64,000 nt of DNA from Kiritimatiellia bacterium (lineage in GTDB: Bacteria; Verrucomicrobiota; Kiritimatiellia; CAIVKH01): the NCBI GenBank assembly GCA_027493775.1, contig JAOSKE010000001.1, forward strand, positions 741,651-805,650. The letters are read 5' to 3'. The notes under the pieces are model-generated. The model saw nothing but the letters and a program-made list of their open reading frames with translations. It made no database searches and was not told where the DNA came from. How positions within the stretch are numbered: position 1 is the stretch's first letter; each line of letters starts with the position of its first letter. Positions 37,620 to 50,200 of this stretch are shown here, in pieces. Position numbers and translations under genes: made by a program.

Positions 37620-39379
37620 TCATCCCCGAAATCCGGTTGGGTAAAGGAATCCAGAATGGGAGTGATTATATTCAACATGTCCACAGCTTGGTCTCCAGTC
37701 GCGGACGGGAGGCTGTCACGATACTCCTGGTATTGCTGATAGAAACCGAATGGAACACAGTCTGTGACATCCTTCCATGCATCGCAAAGACCTTTTCTTA
37801 CCTTGTCAATGGTGTCATCAATAAGATGGTAAATGATTTCAATTTCCTTTTTTGTCGAATCTATAATAATTTCTTGTATATCTTGAAAAAACAATTTAAC
37901 TTCTTCCCCTGTACCGTACGGATCAAATTTATTGACAGGATCGTTTCCAATATATACGTATAAATTCGCTTGTCCTCCCCGGAATAAAATAGGATCTTTA
38001 GCGAGCCAGCGACCCGTCGTTGGGTCATAATCCCGATAGCCGAACCGCGTCAGCCCGGTATCCGGATCGTACAGTCCACCCGCGAACCCGAACGGCTGAA
38101 AGCCCGGATTGCTGTCCTGTAGGACGTTCCCCCATTCGTCGTAGTCCAAGCGTTGCACCACATCGCCGCTGGCAACATCAATGACCAGCCGTACGCTCCC
38201 CAAGTGGTCCGTAATGATCCGATACACATTTCCGGTCGTCACCATATAGTCCGGCACATTTACCCTGGTGGCGTACACAAATCTGGCAACTACTTGATTA
38301 TTTGAGTTGACCTCCGCCGCCGGCGTCAGAAAGCCTTGATATACCCACCCTTTATTCAACACACCATTAACCTTCTTGCCCACGCGCCGCCCCAGCGGAT
38401 CCAAGAGATATTCGTATGTATTGGTCCCAACCCGTACCTCCATCAGGCTGCCCCGCGTATCATACCGCGTGGCTCGCGTCGGAACTGCTCCATACATATT
38501 GGTCACCTGACCGTTCGCATTGTACTGGTACTGAATCAGACCCCAGAAGCTGGCCGTCAGCCGATCCTGGGCATCGTATTGATATGTTCTCGATGATCCC
38601 GCAATCCAGCTATTAGTCCGGTTTCCATTGGCGTCATACCAGTACCGCGCGCGCAGGCTTCCATTGGTGTACACCTCGTGGAGTCGCCCCACGGAATCAT
38701 ACACATAGGCGTAATTGTTTGTGACGCCCTCGATTCTCTCCAACCGATTCGTGATCCGTCCCAGCTTGTCGTATGAGTAGTCCACGCCGTAATAGACGTA
38801 ATCGTTGTCGAATACAGCTTCGTATGAACTCATCTCTCCGAGGGCATTGTACTTCCGGCGGTCACCGATATCGCCGACGACGGCATTGGTCAACCAGCCG
38901 CTAACCGTATCGCGATATAGCGTCATCGTCCCTGCATTCGTCAACAATCCGTCCAGGTCATACCCATACGCAACCGCGCTACCGCCCAACTCGACGCTCG
39001 AAATCCGAAAGTCGTTGTTGTAGCTGTAGCTCATGCGCCCAGTGATTACACCGCTTTGCGTCAGGTTCGTCAACAGTCCTCCGTCATAACCGAAGATCAA
39101 GCTTGCCCCGTTGGTCGCGTAGATGCCGCCCAACCGCCCCCGTGCGAGTGCGTAAGCCGAGCATGGGGGCTTGGGGTCTGATCCCGCGCGCGCCGCACGC
39201 ATCGCAGGAGACATGCCAGTGCGTCGTCGCGCTGGCGCGGCTCCTGGGCGCGCGCGTCCGCCTGTGGCGAGCTTGTCGAGCCAGCGCGAGTGAGCGTACG
39301 CGAACGAGCATAACGAGCGACCAACGGGAGCGAGTAGCTCCGAGGGCCGCGCCAGCGGCCCGAGGCAAGAGACAATCAC
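37616..39379 (-). CDS. Orphan Rhs C-terminal module (YD repeats, Rhs core, and CT2 toxin domain). Rhs homology begins near 39190.
   Basis: From …CACGRLGGIYATNGASLIFGYDGGLLTNLTQSGVITGRMSYSYNNDF… onward it is about 85% identical to the main Rhs (39725..43631) through …[33 protein letters not shown]. Then comes a unique roughly 100-aa CT (…GTGEEVKLFFQDIQEIIIDSTKKEIEII…). The first roughly 85 aa of the ORF are out-of-frame GC-rich junk. Confidence 0.7.
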   Translation of the reverse strand: MIVSCLGPLARPSELLAPVGRSLCSFAYAHSRWLDKLATGGRARPGAAPARRRTGMSPAMRAARAGSDPKPPCSAYALARGRLGGIYATNGASLIFGYDGGLLTNLTQSGVITGRMSYSYNNDFRISSVELGGSAVAYGYDLDGLLTNAGTMTLYRDTVSGWLTNAVVGDIGDRRKYNALGEMSSYEAVFDNDYVYYGVDYSYDKLGRITNRLERIEGVTNNYAYVYDSVGRLHEVYTNGSLRARYWYDANGNRTNSWIAGSSRTYQYDAQDRLTASFWGLIQYQYNANGQVTNMYGAVPTRATRYDTRGSLMEVRVGTNTYEYLLDPLGRRVGKKVNGVLNKGWVYQGFLTPAAEVNSNNQVVARFVYATRVNVPDYMVTTGNVYRIITDHLGSVRLVIDVASGDVVQRLDYDEWGNVLQDSNPGFQPFGFAGGLYDPDTGLTRFGYRDYDPTTGRWLAKDPILFRGGQANLYVYIGNDPVNKFDPYGTGEEVKLFFQDIQEIIIDSTKKEIEIIYHLIDDTIDKVRKGLCDAWKDVTDCVPFGFYQQYQEYRDSLPSATGDQAVDMLNIITPILDSFTQPDFGDE

Positions 39380-39762
39380 CTAGCGCCAAGCGTAACATTC
39401 AAGGGCAAGACGGTGAACGCGGCAAAAACGACTGCAAGAATAACCAATAGAATGCCCGCGACTCGCAATGTGGCACTGTAATCGTGCGCGAAATGAATGC
39501 GCTGATTGACAACCCACAATAGAATTGACGCGGCCGCCAACACCCAAGGCAGGCACCACCAGACAGGCTGCATCACGTACAGCGAACCGGCCTTTTCTTC
39601 ATAAATTTCCAAAAGAAAAGGCCGAAGGCCGCGGACGAGAAACGCACACCCCAGCCAGAGCAACAACCCAAGAAAGGCAGAAGTCGAAATTGTTTGAATG
39701 TGTTTCAATGCGCGCTTCACAAAGTTACTTCTGTGGAGGATCGGGATCTGGTTTCTTGCCAC
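39376..39762 (-). CDS. Small membrane protein. Immunity candidate for the main Rhs CT1 toxin.
   Basis: 128 aa with 3 TM helices (…AFLGLLLWLGCAFLV…, …WWCLPWVLAAASILLWVV…, …GILLVILAVVFAAFTVL…). It overlaps the Rhs stop. Confidence 0.45.
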   Translation of the reverse strand: MARNQIPILHRSNFVKRALKHIQTISTSAFLGLLLWLGCAFLVRGLRPFLLEIYEEKAGSLYVMQPVWWCLPWVLAAASILLWVVNQRIHFAHDYSATLRVAGILLVILAVVFAAFTVLPLNVTLGAR

Positions 39763-42700
39763 ATCCTTGATCCTTCATTTGGTCCAGAATCCAGTCGATC
39801 AATCGTTGGTGCCGCCACACTTCGATCATTCCCCAGTAATTCCACTTATTGCCAGGCTGATCCAAAACAGCATCATCAACCTTATTCGCGATTTGGCCCA
39901 TAAGGTGGGCAAAACCTCCAAGAATAGATTCGCCGATGCTTTTCTCGAATTCGTTGATCACAGGGTCGGGGTGTCCAGAGGCGGGATTACCCGCTTGATA
40001 GCCTCCGACTTGGCTCGGCGGAACCCCCTGTTGTGCAACCTGCATCGCAATCGCTTGGCCTTCCTGGGCAAGACCAAGTGCGGTCTGCAATTCTTCGCAA
40101 GTGTAAAGGCCCCAGGGATCGATGTAGTTGATCGGGTCGCCGTAACAGTAAGCGTAGAGGTTCCAACCTCCTCTAAACAGGATGGGGTCTTTAGCGAGCC
40201 ACCTTCCAGTCATCGGATCATAATCGCGGTATCCGAACCGCGTCAGCCCGGTATCCGGGTCATACAGACCTCCCGCAAACCCGAACGGTTGGAATCCGGG
40301 GTTGGTGTCCTGCAACACGTTCCCCCACTCGTCGTAGTCCAACCGCTGAACCACCTCTCCGCTATCAACCTCAATGACCAGCCGCACGCTGCCCAAGTGG
40401 TCCGTGATGATCCGATACACATTCCCCGTCGTCTGCATGAAGTCCGGCACGTTTACCCGCGTCGCATACACGAACCGCGCCCGCAGGCTCCCGTCTGCGT
40501 TCAGTTCTGCGATCGGCCGCAGAAACGACTGGTAAATCCAGCCCCGCTCAAATTGGCCATTGACCTTCTTCCCAATGCGCCGCCCCAATGGATCGAGCAG
40601 GTATTCGATATCCGTTCCGTCGGGCAGTCCGACGAACGCCAAGCTGCCCCGCAGGTCGTAGTCATACGTGATGGTATCCCCGGAATTCGTGCTGAACTCG
40701 TCCACTGAAAAGTTCAACCAGCCGTTTGCGTGAAAATAGTTGGTCACCCCGCTGTACGAGGTCAACTGGTCCTGCTCGTTATACGTCCACTGGCGCGTCT
40801 GCCCCATCACCCAACTGCCGGTCCGGTTTCCATTCGCGTCATACCAGTACCGCGCACGCAGGCTTCCATTGGTGTACACCTCGTGGAGACGCCCAACAGA
40901 ATCATACACGTACGCATAGTTGTTTGTGGCGCCCTCGATTCTCTCCATCCGGTTCGTAATCCGCCCCAGTTTGTCGTATGAGTAGTCCACGCCGTAATAA
41001 ACGTAATCGTTGTCAAATACAGCTTCGTATGAACTCATTTCGCCAAAGCCATTGTACTGCCGCCGGTCGCTGATGTCGCCGACGACTGCGTTGGTCAGCC
41101 ATCCGCTCGCCGCGTCGCGGTACAACCTCATCCCTCCCGCATTCGTCAATAACCCGTCCGCGTCGTAGTTGTAGGCCGCGACGTTGCCACCGAATCCGAT
41201 CCCCGCCACCCGAAAGTCGTTGTTGTAGCTGTAGCTCATGCGGCCGGTGATTACACCGCTTTGCGTCAGGTTCGTCAATAGTCCTCCGTCATAACCGAAG
41301 ATCAAGCTCGCTCCATTGGTCGCGTAAATCCCGCCCAACCGCCCGCAGGCGCAGTCATAGACGTTGGTCACTTTGTTTTCCGGCCACTGAACACCAACCA
41401 GGAAGCCAGCCTGATTGTATTCGTTGGTGATTACGCGTCCATCAGGATACGAAATGCTCGTGAGATGGCGCGCTTCGTCCCAGGTCATCAACATGTTTGT
41501 CGGTCCGCCGACCGAAGGCGAGGAATAACGATCCAACAACCCCACGGCGGTGTAGCCCAACGTGTGCTCTGTCCTACCGGGCGGCGTTACCCCAATCGGG
41601 GCGGTTGTCGGCTGGGGTCTCAACCCGATTACAGAACTGTCGGGCAGCACAACATTCGTCACACGTCCAATAGCGTCTCCCCGCAACAATACCGATTCGT
41701 CCAATGCGTTGGTAAACGCAGCCCGAAAACCGTTTGTAGCATAGGCCAGATGCACGACCCGATTAGACTGTTGAATTTTACTCATACGGCCATAAACGTC
41801 ATAATCTACCGTCACAGGAATGATGCCGGGCATATTCCATTGAACGGGCCGCCACTGCGAATCGAATTCGACTGCGCTCGTCTTCCCCATCGGCGAAACA
41901 CTCTGTAGCGTACGATCAATGGAGCTGAAAACAACCTGTGAAGTCCGTCCATTTACCGTGATCCAGTTTGTAAACGAGAGCAGTTGGCTTGCCGGGTTGG
42001 TTGGAACGAGAAGCGAATATGACCTGCCGATGCGGATGTCGTTCGTCAATCCAGCAGGCGTACGCACCACAATTTGCGTCTCAACCATAACGGAGGAACC
42101 GAAGCGAGGATCAGCAACCGATCGGGTTAAGGTCACCATCCCATTGGGGCTGGTGACCTCGGAGGTCAGCCCGTCGGAACTGGTTCTGGTTCTCGTCACG
42201 GCGCCGGCTGAATTGATTGCTTCATCAACGCGGTCTCCATTCCAATCCGTAGATGAATTATAAACATTTGTCCGATTCAGCGAGTACGTATGTACAATAC
42301 TTTTTCGGTTATATACATTCGCTAGAGTCACCGCATCGAAGCCACCCGCCGGATCTTCCGCCCGCATGGCCTTGCCTTCGGCATCATAGGTGACCGCATA
42401 AACAAATCCTCGGCGCGAAACGATATTGGTGAGCAAACCCGATTCCGAGTATCGGAACAAGTTGGTTTCGCCGGCAGGATTAACCAATCCGGCGAGCCAC
42501 TCATTGCTGACAACAAGATCGGTCTTTAGCCCGAATGGCCCTATAATGGCGGTTACCTGCCCATTGGTCATTCTCACCAGCGTTGTGGTCAGGCTGTTTG
42601 CGTCAACGACCTCCGTCAACAGATTGTTCGTGTCGTACACGAACGTATAAATATCTGCTCCGGTCAGCGCATCGACCGTTCGTAAATGCCGCCCATCCGG

Positions 42701-43631
42701 ATCCAGGACATAGTATTCGCTGCCGTCCGTCGCAACGGCAGCAAATTCGTTTGTGGGCGGGGTATTGGTGATGGAGAAAGAACATTCGGCATATCCCACG
42801 GGCGCAATTTTTCGATCACGGCCTTGACCTTCATGTAGATACCCGCTTTTCCCGTCGTACGAATGATATAAATTGATCGTCCAGCCACCCAACCCCCGAG
42901 AGCTGGCGGGCAAAGCTCCGAGATAAGAAACATCCTTTTTTTTTGCGAGAGGTATACCAAGGGATAATCGGCCTCTGCCTCAGTTGATCTTCCGTATATA
43001 GTTCTGACTCTCCAGCTACAGAATACAAACCCGAACGCTCTGTAATCGGCTTGTTTACAATTGCATGCGGATCCAATACATATCCCCCGTCAATAGGGGA
43101 AATAGCGCCACGGCTGGAGGTGATAAATAGTCCTCCAGAATATCGTTCGCCGCTAACGTTTTCATATTCATCCAGCGTGAGTTTATCCATAAATATTGCA
43201 GTCGAGTCCACAACGGCTGGTGTTGTTCCATAAACAAAATTACTTTCGGCATCGCGACCATCCCACAAAAGGCTCCAATAGTGATTGGTGAATGGCGCCG
43301 CCTGTGTATGCCTGAATATGCGCCCGGCAATATTCACTGTTAACTCAACGGATATCATGTTGTTCGGAAATGTATTCGGGTCGGCATACCACACAACAAG
43401 GTTATACGCGGGCATATACCCGCGAGTTCTTCGGCTGGAATAGTGCAGCACAAAAGGCGTGCCTACAACCGGCATGTCTTCATGAAAGCTCGCATCGGAC
43501 AACACAATATATCCATAATTCGTGGGGGTGACGGGACTGTCGGGCGGGGTCTGTTTTGCGGCCCAGCCGTCTTGCGCAACGGCCCATACCACGCCAAGAA
43601 CGAGACCCATCAAGGAAAGGCGACGATTCAT
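39725..43631 (-). CDS. Rhs/YD-repeat polymorphic toxin (WapA-like, Sec signal peptide) with C-terminal toxin domain CT1. One frame break at an A9/T9 run.
   Basis: 42831..43631 is the N-terminus (signal peptide MNRRLSLMGLVLGVVWAVAQDGWAA). 39725..42913 carries many YD repeats (…GRITNRMERIEGATNNYAYVYDSVGRLHEVY…), the core …[33 protein letters not shown], and then a roughly 130-aa CT. The frames switch at the T9 run at 42936-42944 (…SRKKK…). Confidence 0.8.
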
Positions 43632-44278
43632 GGTTCACATCCTTTGCAGGGATTCCCTGAAATGACCCGGGGCAAAACGCGCTCAAAGCCCGATAAGGGA
43701 TTGCTCGCCATCGAGCGAGCCGCCAAATCTTGGGCAAGCGCTGGATTTGTCTCTTTCAACAACTGAAGCGCAACTATCCGATTTTGATCTTCGGCTTTAT
43801 CGGAGAGAAGCAATGCCGTCGCCGCATTTTCAATGTCGCTGGAAGAAGCCTTGGGGTCCGATTTCATCACCAGCATAGCCGTGCCGGCGCTTTTGTTTTT
43901 CACATCAAACGCCGTTTGTTTCAAAAAATCGCCAATGGCGCGTTGCTCCGAAGCCGAAACTTTCTCGCGCAGGTTTAGCTGTAAATACTGCATGATATAT
44001 TCGCGCGTAACGCGCTCGCAGTCAGTCTCGCCCGCAATCGCAATCAATCGCTGCGCCAAATTGGGAACAGGCGGCGATTTCGTTGTGATGCGCCGCAAGA
44101 GCCGATCTTTCTGTCCCAGCCATTCTCCGGCGGAAATATCCTTTGGCGGCTCTTTCATCGCAATGTAGGCCAACGCCCGTTCATCTTCGGTTAAGCCTTC
44201 ATTGGACCACACAAAGGGGTTCTGAGCCGCTGCGGAATATCCGGCAACAACAATGAACAAAATGAATAATGCCTTCAT
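43628..44278 (-). CDS. Secreted hypothetical protein between the giant LamG/TSP3 protein and the Rhs toxin (start/stop overlaps on both sides).
   Basis: Signal peptide MKALFILFIVVAGYSAAAQ. 216 aa, helical. ATGA-type overlaps at 44275-44278 and 43628-43631 indicate one operon. Confidence 0.45.
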   Translation of the reverse strand: MKALFILFIVVAGYSAAAQNPFVWSNEGLTEDERALAYIAMKEPPKDISAGEWLGQKDRLLRRITTKSPPVPNLAQRLIAIAGETDCERVTREYIMQYLQLNLREKVSASEQRAIGDFLKQTAFDVKNKSAGTAMLVMKSDPKASSSDIENAATALLLSDKAEDQNRIVALQLLKETNPALAQDLAARSMASNPLSGFERVLPRVISGNPCKGCEP

Positions 44279-47200
44279 GGTCCGCCGTGCCTCCCTATGA
44301 AGTTCGTCCCTTGGTAAACATCAATGATGTTGCAGAACGCGCCGGGTTGGTACTTGATGAACCGCACATTCAGCACGCCGGTTTCATCAAACTGCGAGGG
44401 CAGCCACTGATTGGTGATTCCACCATCTTCATACATGACGCCACCGATAATGACCTTGCCCTGAATTGACAAATCATCGAGCAAGGGACTCAGAACAAAT
44501 GGATTTTCGTACAAATAATAATCGGCGCTGCAGGCGCCTAGCCGCGTAAACCCGGTGTCCGAATCGGCTCCGAAACGAAAAGCGCGGGCTTTTGTTGAGG
44601 CGATGATCGGCCCCTGCGAACCCAAGCGGGCAACGATACCGTGTTCGTCGGGTGTCAATGCCGTAAGGCGGAATGTTCGCGGCGTTGCGTAGGCATCTTC
44701 TTCAATAATCAAATTATTGCCCGACTCAAGAAGCACATTCGTGGACAGGCCCGGAGACGTCCATGACCGGGGCACCCTATGCCAACACGCGGGGCTCTCG
44801 TCAAAGTTTGCTGAATATACGAGCACGGTAATGGCGCCATATTGAGTGGGACCAGCAGCGGGGTAATATGCGCCGGAAACCAGATAGCTTCCGGTTGAGG
44901 CAAACGTGTGGGCAATAGCAGCGCCGGCGGCAAGTCCCGTATAGTTGGAGCCACCCGTGATCGTAATGCTGTGCGTGCCTGATGTTGCCCCAACAGGAAA
45001 GGCCGATAACTTCAGTGCATCATTGAGCCGAATTGAAAGTGTGGCCCTATTCGTCAGCACATCGGTTGCAGACCACGTGACCAGACAGGTGGAAATCAAT
45101 CCGCTGTGCTGGAATTCAAAGCGGCAAGCGGTCGCATTGGTCAAGTTCAGCGGCACATTGGCGTACCACCGGCCATCAATACCGGACTGAACCGTGACTC
45201 CGCCATCAGCCGAAATCAGCCCGACGAATGGATCCGGTCCCTCCACACAGGCCGGCGAGATGGCGCTGGAAACGCTGTTTGTATCCAAGCCGCTCAATCG
45301 TGCCAGTCGGTTCTCTACCCAATCTTTCTGTCCGTCCTCATCCGTATCGGCGCCATCCAGTTGGATCAGTCGTATCGTATGGATACTCAGGCGACGGGCG
45401 TCGGATGCATTATCCCATTCAAGGGTCAGCGAATAAACACCTGCGGTCATCCATGGTGTGAAGAATCCCGCCCGCCCGCTTCCGTTGGTTTCAGCAAAGA
45501 GGATTTGTCGCCCCAGATAGGCTCCGCCTACCTTGGCTTTCAATTCATATGAGTTTAGCGTTTTCCACGACTCGCAATCGCCGCCCTCAACTTCGATGCG
45601 ATAGATATCGCCCGTGGGTATTGTCAGGTTATACCTAACGGCACCTCGCAATCCGACCGAGCACAGATAATCGCCGTCTTCAGTCCATGGCCCTAAACGG
45701 CTAACCGTAGCGGTTCCCGGCATTTCAGATACCGTGACATAATTCGTGTAGTCGGCTTGAAGCGGGTTGCTGCCGAAGTCATACACCTCCATGGCGTCAT
45801 CCAACCCGTCGCCATCACTATCTTGAGAAAAGGGATTTGTTCCGTGCTGGTATTCTTCAAGATTTGAAAGTCCATCCCCATCCGAGTCCAACAGGGCATC
45901 GCTTGGATCATTAGGATTAAGTCCGTTGATATATTCCCAATTATCGGGCAATCCGTCGGCATCGGTATCCGCACTTTGTGGATTCGTCCCAATACGATAT
46001 TCGTCCAGGTTGGATAACGTGTCGCCATCGGGATCTAAAACGGCATCTTCAGGTGCGTTTGTACTCAAAATAGCGGGCCATAAAACCTCCCATCGATCAG
46101 GCATTCCGTCGTGATCGGTGTCCTTGCTTACCTGGACGGAAATATCGTCGAAATAAACATGCCCCGGAGGGACAAGATTTACGGTCGGAGCGACAGTGCG
46201 CAGTGATATATGGGCGAACCCCGCGCGGCTGGGCACCAAGCTCGTGATTGAATAATACAGCCACGTATCTTTTGCATGTTCCGCAGTCATCCTTGCCGTA
46301 TCGACCCGTGTTTTGTGCCCATCTGTCGAGTCGTAATACTCCAAATCAATGACCGCATATCGGTCTCCGCTGAGCGCATTTGTATCGATACCATTTGTCA
46401 CGGAGGGGGTGTACAGCCAACCACCGACAACCAGTTCTTCTCCCGGATGCACGACAATCCGTTGATAGGCGCCGTCCAAGTCTCGGGCCACAAATGACCG
46501 AATCCCACTGTGAACGATTGAAGTAGAAACGCCGCCATCCAAGCCAAACCCGCCCCAATTGGGCATATTGGTATGCGAAGTGGGCGTCCCCGTTTCAAAT
46601 CCTCCGTTCCGAAAACGAGTTTTGTCTGGATCCAGCCGATAATCGGCATTGAAAAATTGCGGGCCAACCGCTTGCGGATAAACGATGTAATTATTGTAAC
46701 CGTATCCGTTTCCGAGTTCCTGAGGTTTATCGATAACCCACAGATATGATTCTTGCTGAGCATTCGTGAGCACTCGGAGAAGTATTGAATAATACGCTTG
46801 GACGTAGTTGCTTTCGACCGCCGACGGCATCGGCCACGAGAACTTGAACACCGGGAGCGTCACCTGCCCCATGGTTGGCATTCCATGGAAGGGATTCGCT
46901 GAAGCGATTACCACATTTGAATAAAATGTACCCGCATATTCGGGGGAAGCCCAATTGCTACCGTTTGTCGTCCAGGAAAATCGCAGGAACAGTTGAGTGG
47001 TACTGCCATCACGCAATCCAAGCTTCGGCGGCAAAACCAAAAATGCAGTATTGGTTTTCGAGTCGTAATCCACCATCAGGAAGCGCTGCCAGTTTTGCGG
47101 AACGGGTTCCCATGTCGCAATGCTGTCACTGGAGCGCGAATGATAAACCCAATTGCTGTTGATCCCCGTTATGGCAATCGTGTTGGTCGGATTGCGCCCC

Positions 47201-50200
47201 AAGATTAATTCTGTTCCGTCATCGATTCCATCGCTGTCCGTATCAAAAACCAGCGGACTGGTTCCGTATATAAAAAGCTCGTCGTAGTCTGAAATCCCGT
47301 CTCCATCCGTATCTGTCAGACGGGGGTCAGTACCATGAACATTGATTTCATCCCAATCAGATAAACCGTCTCCGTCAGAGTCTTGAACATTCGGATTCGT
47401 GCCCAGTTCGTATTCCTGAAGATTGGACAACCCATCGCCATCCGCATCTCCGAGGGCGTCGTACATCGTGGCCACGTCGTTGCTGGAGAGAGCGGAGGTG
47501 TAGAGACGAACGTCGTCGAGCTGGCCTTTCCAAAAATAGCTGTCGCCCGGATCGTTGGCCCAACCAATGCGCAGTTCTGGTTCCATCGCGGGTGAAAAAC
47601 TTCCGCCGTTGGAGGCGACTTCCACTCCGTCGCGATAGAGACGGGTGGTCGAACCGTCGCGGGTCAGGGTGATTTGCGTCCACTTTCCGGCAATCGGGGA
47701 TTGGTGAATCGGGAAGGAGCTTCCACCGGCACAATTAGCAAGAAAACCGCCATAGCCATTGTTGAAGTTGTCCCAACCGAGCCAGAAACCTTTGTACAGG
47801 TAGCCGCAAAGAATGAAGTCGGCGATGATGGAGGGGTAATGCGAAGTGAAGGTTCCGTCGAGATTTACCCAGGCGCTGGCCGTAAATGTCGAACCCGTTA
47901 TCATGGCCACGGGCTGCAAGACTCTTACGTAATCGTCCGTGCCGTCGAACGACAAGGCGCCGCCCAGCATCCCGGAGGTCCAGGCGTTGGTCGGCATGTT
48001 GACCAATTGCCCGTTATAGCCGCTGCCCGCCGAGTTCAATGCGTTTGTCCCTTCCGTTTCATCGAATTTCCACCAGCCCTCGCCCTCCGCGGGCACACGC
48101 GAGGTCGGATTGAATCCATGCAGCATCTCCCACCAATCCGGCATTCCGTCCGCGTCGGAGTCGGGATCGATGAGCACAAGGTTTGCGTTCGTTGTGCTTT
48201 GCGCCAGCAAAATAGGGTTGTTGCTATACGCTCCCCACGCCTCGGCGTTGTCTTTCGACGCATTCGTGTTCGAATCCCGATATGCCTTCAACCGGTAGCT
48301 GGTCTGATTGGGAATATTGCTGATCGTGTATGGGCCGGGACCGGGGATGGTTGTCGTGAAGAGGGAGAGGTTCGTTCCGGAACCTGTCGCATACAGGCTC
48401 GCTACTTCGTCGCCATCGAGGGTACGCGCGTAGATTTTCACCTCGTCAATGCGCCCCTTCCAGTAGCGATTGGGAGCCGTTGAGTATCCGTTTCCGATGG
48501 CCACGTTGTCCATGGATGGGTTGAGGCCCACCGTTCCACCCTGTCCCTGATGGGAGGAGTGAAACTTGTACGTCCCGTTGTAGTACCCCCACGCATTGCT
48601 CCGATTCCACGTCAGGACGATGTGTTGCCAGCTTGCCGTTGGCATGCTGGCGGTGTACCAACACTGGCCGGTCAGACCCAGGCCGCCCCCGATAAATTCC
48701 CCCGTGCTGTAGGCTTCAAACCGAATGCAGTCGTCCCATCCGGCATAGTCTGTGGTGAACGGGTTTCGCCAGTTTTCCACTTCATCGGGGTTAACCCAGT
48801 AGGAAATGGTTCCTTCGGGCAGTACCCCCATGGGGCCAACAAGGATGTGATCGTTGGTGCCGTCATACCAATAAGCGCCGCCGCGATAGCCATTTGTGAC
48901 ATAAACAGCGCCGTTAACGATTCCAGTATAAAGCGGTGAGATCAGGTTTGAAACGCGACTCGTGTTCGGAATGTCGAAATCGTAGTGAAGCAGAAGCCCG
49001 GCTTCGATTTCGGCGCTCACAATGATCGGCCCCGTTTGTCGCCCGCTATACGTGATCACGCCGGCAAGGTTGACGGGATAAGAATCGGGCTGAGTCGGAT
49101 CGGTGCCTGCCTGGAGTTCCAACCAGTCAGCAGCGCCATCGCCGTCGCTATCGGGATCATACAGATCAATATCCACGCCGACCTTGTCAGCGCCCAGGAG
49201 AAAGCCGTTGCCATCATAAAACCCGACGGGCTCAAAATAATCTCGCATGCCATTTCCGTTGCTGTCCAGCCAGGCCATTACCCAGTAGTTGCTCAGAGTC
49301 GGCACGTGCGCGAATGAATAGGCGCCTGTGGTTGATTGGGAGGTGGTGCGCGTGTATTCGTCCGTGAAGCTGCTGCGGTAAATCCCCGCAATTTCCGCAT
49401 CGGTCAAGGTGGCGCGATAAAGCTGCACTTCGTCCATGAGGCCCCTAAAGGTCCAACCAGCTCCAGGGGACAGGTCGCCCAGGGCAGCGGTTACGTTATT
49501 GGATCGAATGGGCTGCGTGGCGAACACCGCGCTGGTGGCCACGAGACTGCCGTTCAGATAGAGCTTCGTTTGGACGCCGTTATAGGTTGCGAAGAGGTGC
49601 TGCCAGACGCCGTTGGTGATAATTGAGTCCTTAATGGCATCGCGAACACCATTTTGGTCAGCCGGCAGTATGCGCGTTTCAACACTCGATCCGTTGTTAG
49701 CCAAAATCATGTAGAGAGAGTCATCCCCAAAATAGGTCTTGCCCAATATGCCACCGAGCCAGATGCCAGGCTCGGCCTGAATCCATGCGCCCCAACTCAG
49801 ATTGTTGATGCCGACGGCCTGATATAGTTTTCCGAGTGTGATGGTGTCATTCCCGTCGAACGAATAGGCGCCGCCATGCTTGCCATTCGTTGTCCAGGTC
49901 GCCCCATTGACGGTCAGCGGAGTCTGCCAGGCGCTGTTGTCATACGTCGGTCTTGTGGCATCAAAACTCAATGATAACGCCGGTTGGTTTGTGATTACGG
50001 GATAAGCGGTGAGCTGAATGTGCAAGGCGCCCGTCTGTGATCCCGTGTAGCCGATTCGGCCGCTGAGCGTTGCTGGGAATGAGGCAGGGTTCAGTGGGTC
50101 GGCGCCATAAAATATTTCGAAAAAGTCCGTAGCGCCATCCCCGTCGCTATCAGCGGACTGAGGGTCAGTGCCCAATGCGTATTCTTGAGCATCGCTCAAT

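Noticed and set aside
39698-40708. Long plus-strand ORFs antisense to the Rhs genes and giant protein (for example 39698..40708, 47674..48483, 56098..57021, 61392..61898)
   Set aside because: Pro/Arg/His-rich low-complexity translations opposite well-supported minus-strand genes. This is the typical high-GC antisense artefact.
39725-43631. Calling the Rhs system T6SS-associated
   Set aside because: There is no VgrG, Hcp, PAAR or DUF4150 gene anywhere in the 64 kb, and the Rhs protein has a cleavable Sec signal peptide. A WapA-like Sec-dependent route fits better. I did not assert T6SS.
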